The translations under genes and the position numbers were made by a program. DNA of 53,267 bases, the filler included, from Jimgerdemannia flammicorona (Eukaryota): NCBI GenBank assembly GCA_003990765.1. It is 2 parts of 2 records of this genome, joined end to end, with 100 filler letters (N's around TTAATTAATTAA, not from the genome) between each part and the next. Parts side by side here need not be neighbours in the genome. Positions count along the whole stretch, not along the records: positions 26,691 to 53,267 come from RBNJ01000717.1; 1 more part is not named here. One strand, given 5' to 3'. The notes beneath the pieces were generated by a model. The model was given only the letters and a program-made list of their open reading frames with translations, was not told where the DNA came from and did not search any database. This document shows positions 50,503-53,267 of this stretch, in pieces (position 1 is the stretch's first letter; each line of letters opens with the position of its first letter).

Positions 50503-52021
50503 TGTAACAGTGACCTCAGAATGATGACATCAGCACAGGAGATAGCCTTTCCTCATAACCCACCAGATCAGAGTACAAGAAGATTATACAGCATACAAGA
50601 TAAGCAATGATGACTAACTGTGAGTCATTGTGACCACAGTACAAGCATCCTGAAGACTATAAAAGAAGGATCAAGGAACCATAGTAGTAGCAATCAACAA
50701 GAACCACTAATACCAAAATAGCTCAAAGACTTACCACAAATGAAATGCCTGCTGCCCACAAAACCTCAAGGTCAAGGAATCACCAAGGCATCTCAGTTAA
50801 GGAGAGGATATTCTAAGACATCAGAAGATCTATGAGGATCCACTCAAGAAGGACTCCTAGTGTTGACCTGGGTACTGTAGACCCTTATCACTTTATCCTC
50901 TACTGCTATGAAATGGAAACAAGGATCACCATTGCTATCAAATGCCTCCAAATGTGACAGGAGTATGAAATAGAAAACCTCTTCTACTAGGAGTTCCCAC
51001 AGGCCAACACTCAAGAGCTATAAGATGCTACTCCCATGGATATATGCAAAATGAGGACAGCTAAGAAGATCCATCAGATCTTCAGGCATGCACCATGGTT
51101 GATCCCCAACTTGGAGTATATTAGAGTCTCAGATTTCAGAGATCTGTTATCCCACCATATCAATATACTAGAAGCCAGGGTGGCTACAGAAGCCCAGTCC
51201 ACTATCACTCTCAATAGTGATAAAGTAGAAGACTTCTGGCACTCCATCCTCCAGGACAACCCAGACCAATTCCTATAAGGGTTGATCTCAGTATTCTAAG
51301 GCCCAAGCATCCAGATTAGACCTCCCCAAGACCCTACATTTGTTCTCTATTTTGTGGAAGAGAATCTCATAGACTGGAGAGCCCCAGACCTCCTTCCTGC
51401 TGCTGAACATAATGACATCATCAGCGATGATGTCATCCCATACAATATCAAAGTACATGAAAATGATGAATTCATGGACCTCATCTCCTTCAAAAATATC
51501 CTGACCTCTGATGACAAGAATGAAGCCCCCATGATCCTGAACTTTCTGCTCTAAGTTCTTTATTACACTGAATAATACCAGCACCAGTATTTGATGTAAC
51601 ACTGAATAATGCCAGTATCGGTATTCTGAGGTGATGCAAAATTGTTCCAGCACCAGTATTCTGATGTGATACTGAATTATACCAGCATCCTGAACCTGTA
51701 CAACCATCGGAACTTAGTAGTTTTAGTTATTGGAATTTATATTTAGCTTTATATCTTAGCAACCATTGGATTATATTTTGTATAAATACTCTTCTTATTT
51801 CCTCTGAAATAAAGTCAGTTCCTCTTAGTGCAATATATACACTTCCTTGCAAGCAATCTAAGAGATAACAAGATAGTTTAAAGATAAGAAGTTTGAGGAC
51901 TATAAGATCTTGGAAAGGTACTCCAATAAGAACTTGCTTATAACAAACTTGAGTTAGTCTAAGAGATACACCTTGAAGAAAATCTGGTGTATTTGAAGGA
52001 CTTAGCAACTACTACATGATA
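50503..52021 (+). repeat. 3' LTR of element B (1519 bp)
   Basis: Starts TGTAACAGTGACCTC and ends CTACATGATA. TATAAAA at 50658-50664. Confidence 0.95.
50745..51554 (+). pseudogene. LTR-encoded ORF, 3' LTR copy (269 codons), unknown protein
   Basis: MPAAHKTSRSRNHQG ... EAPMILNFLL*. ORF-track pieces 51036..51278 and 51354..51554 are in this frame. Confidence 0.72.
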
Positions 52022-52374
52022 TTATATAATTATCTACATAAGCAATGAGACTTAGGATAAGTCATTATCAGGGTATATATAATCTTAATAGCTCAAAGAC
52101 CAAGAGACAATAGAAATAATAACAAAGAAGACAAAGTGAAATCAATTTAAGAAGAAATACAAATCTCAGAATAACTTCTCAAAATTTCAAAATAGATTCA
52201 AAAAATTGTCTAATAAGAAAATAGAGAAACTCATCAAGAAAGGAGTATGTTTTCACTGCAAAAAGAGGAGATATATATCTTATAAATACTCTGACAAGAA
52301 GACCAATATGAATAAAGAACTATTCTTCTTACATACTATCACTATAATAGAAGATGATCTCAAAGAAACCTCTG

Positions 52375-52697
52375 AGAAATTCAAAATTAAGAGATTTTAC
52401 ATTATTATAAAAATTCAAGACAAAGTATATAAATTTGATACTAACTATGACCTCTAATATAGCATAAAAGTAACTATTGAATCAGACAAATAAGTGACTA
52501 TTAGCACAGGTGTTAAAATGGAAGTCTTCAAAAGAACTTATATTAGCCTCACAGAAAGGAGTAGTCTGGTCAAGAAAAAAAGACTCTATATAGCTAAAGG
52601 AGTTATAGACCAAGGATTTAAAGACAAAATTAAGATTCTACTATATAATATTTGATAGAAAATAGTAGAAATCATATGTAGAAAATGAATTACCCAA
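52375..52697 (+). pseudogene. Third dUTPase remnant, directly after the gag zinc knuckle of element C
   Basis: VYKFDTNYDL (DAGYDL), ISTGVKME, TERSSLVKK, GVIDQGFKDKIKILLYN, K*ITQ (RIAQ). Confidence 0.8.
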
Positions 52698-53267
52698 TAT
52701 AATAACCCTCTTTCTATCCTTTTCTTATCCTTGATAATTAGGGAAATATGGTATTACTTAGAGACTTAGTATACAAGTATACCAAGAAGCCTTCAGTGTG
52801 AGGAAGTACTTACTTAAAAGTAATTATAGCAGTAGTGTCCTTCTTGATAACCATAGTTATAAGAAACTTATTCTTTACTATATATAGACTGAATTCATCT
52901 TGGAATTCAGATTCAAATAGAGGAGATTTTTTAAGTCTTTGGAATTCATAAACTGATCTCAGTTCTGGTAAAAGTTAGTTAGGCTTCTAGAGTTAAGTTA
53001 GAAATACTAGAGTTACTTAGGTGTTATTACTAAGACTTAGAAGAATGTTTATATGTAGAGTAGAGAATTGATTCTTATATTAAAGACTGAACTAAAACTG
53101 CTTTATTTCAGATAAAATATTGTGGGTATTTATACAAGTTAGTTCATAATTTCTGACTAAATATGAGTAATTAATTTGGTAACTATAGGTGAATTTGTAA
53201 TTATATCCTTTATGATCAAGATCTTTGTGATCAGAATCTTTATAATATAAATTGTTTTTTTTTTTTT
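52698..53267. mobile_element. Probable further LTR or repeat interrupting the third dUTPase, running to the contig end
   Basis: The dUTPase stops abruptly at TATAATAACCC, which resembles a decayed TGTAACGACCC LTR terminus. The DNA is CpG-free. Confidence 0.4.

Larger units (their letters stand above)
43348..52021 (+). mobile_element. Full-length Ty3/Gypsy LTR retrotransposon B (8.67 kb), inactivated by point mutations
   Basis: Two direct 1.5-kb LTRs, PBS, PPT and a probable 4-bp TSD TTAT (43344-43347 and 52022-52025). Gag knuckle FRCGEEGHYAKNC, protease IIDTGAG, dUTPase, [12 protein letters not shown] and YIDD, RNase H LQTDVSAIGLGAVL, integrase MDIIGP, ITTDCGIEF, QGNGQIERTN. Confidence 0.97.
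41900..52697 (+). mobile_element. Older, heavily decayed Gypsy element C, split by element B (parts about 41900-43347 and 52022-52697)
   Basis: Gag-like KELIIQQF...AKARTKLKNL...EDLKTFIIRF lies before the insertion. After it come LIKKGVCFHCKKRRYISYKY (decayed CCHC knuckle) and a dUTPase. Linkage to the 41392 LTR is uncertain. Confidence 0.6.

Overview
Eukaryotic, intron-rich fungal DNA. The gene style (GC-balanced genes, short GT-AG introns, an HGDLHxGNI tyrosine-kinase-like kinase) points to Mucoromycota, possibly Endogonales; this is inference only. The window is two contigs of near-equal length (1-26590 and 26691-53267) joined by an artificial 100-bp N/TTAATTAATTAA linker, so cross-gap adjacency is not meaningful. 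Host genes: RNA polymerase I largest subunit (RPA1, about 19 exons, minus strand), an intronless GRAM/WBP2-like gene, a frameshifted membrane-protein remnant, and a roughly 1,100-aa STE20-like kinase / 10 LRR / TKL (pseudo)kinase gene in which each LRR is its own phase-1 exon (nine of exactly 84 nt). The rest is CpG-stripped, transition-mutated repeat DNA. It includes a full-length 8.7-kb Ty3/Gypsy element with 1.5-kb LTRs that each hold a decayed 269-codon ORF, a second large Gypsy element, nested Gypsy remnants, three dUTPase domains in two polyprotein positions, a decayed hAT transposase, and two foldback hAT MITEs with perfect 8-bp target duplications.
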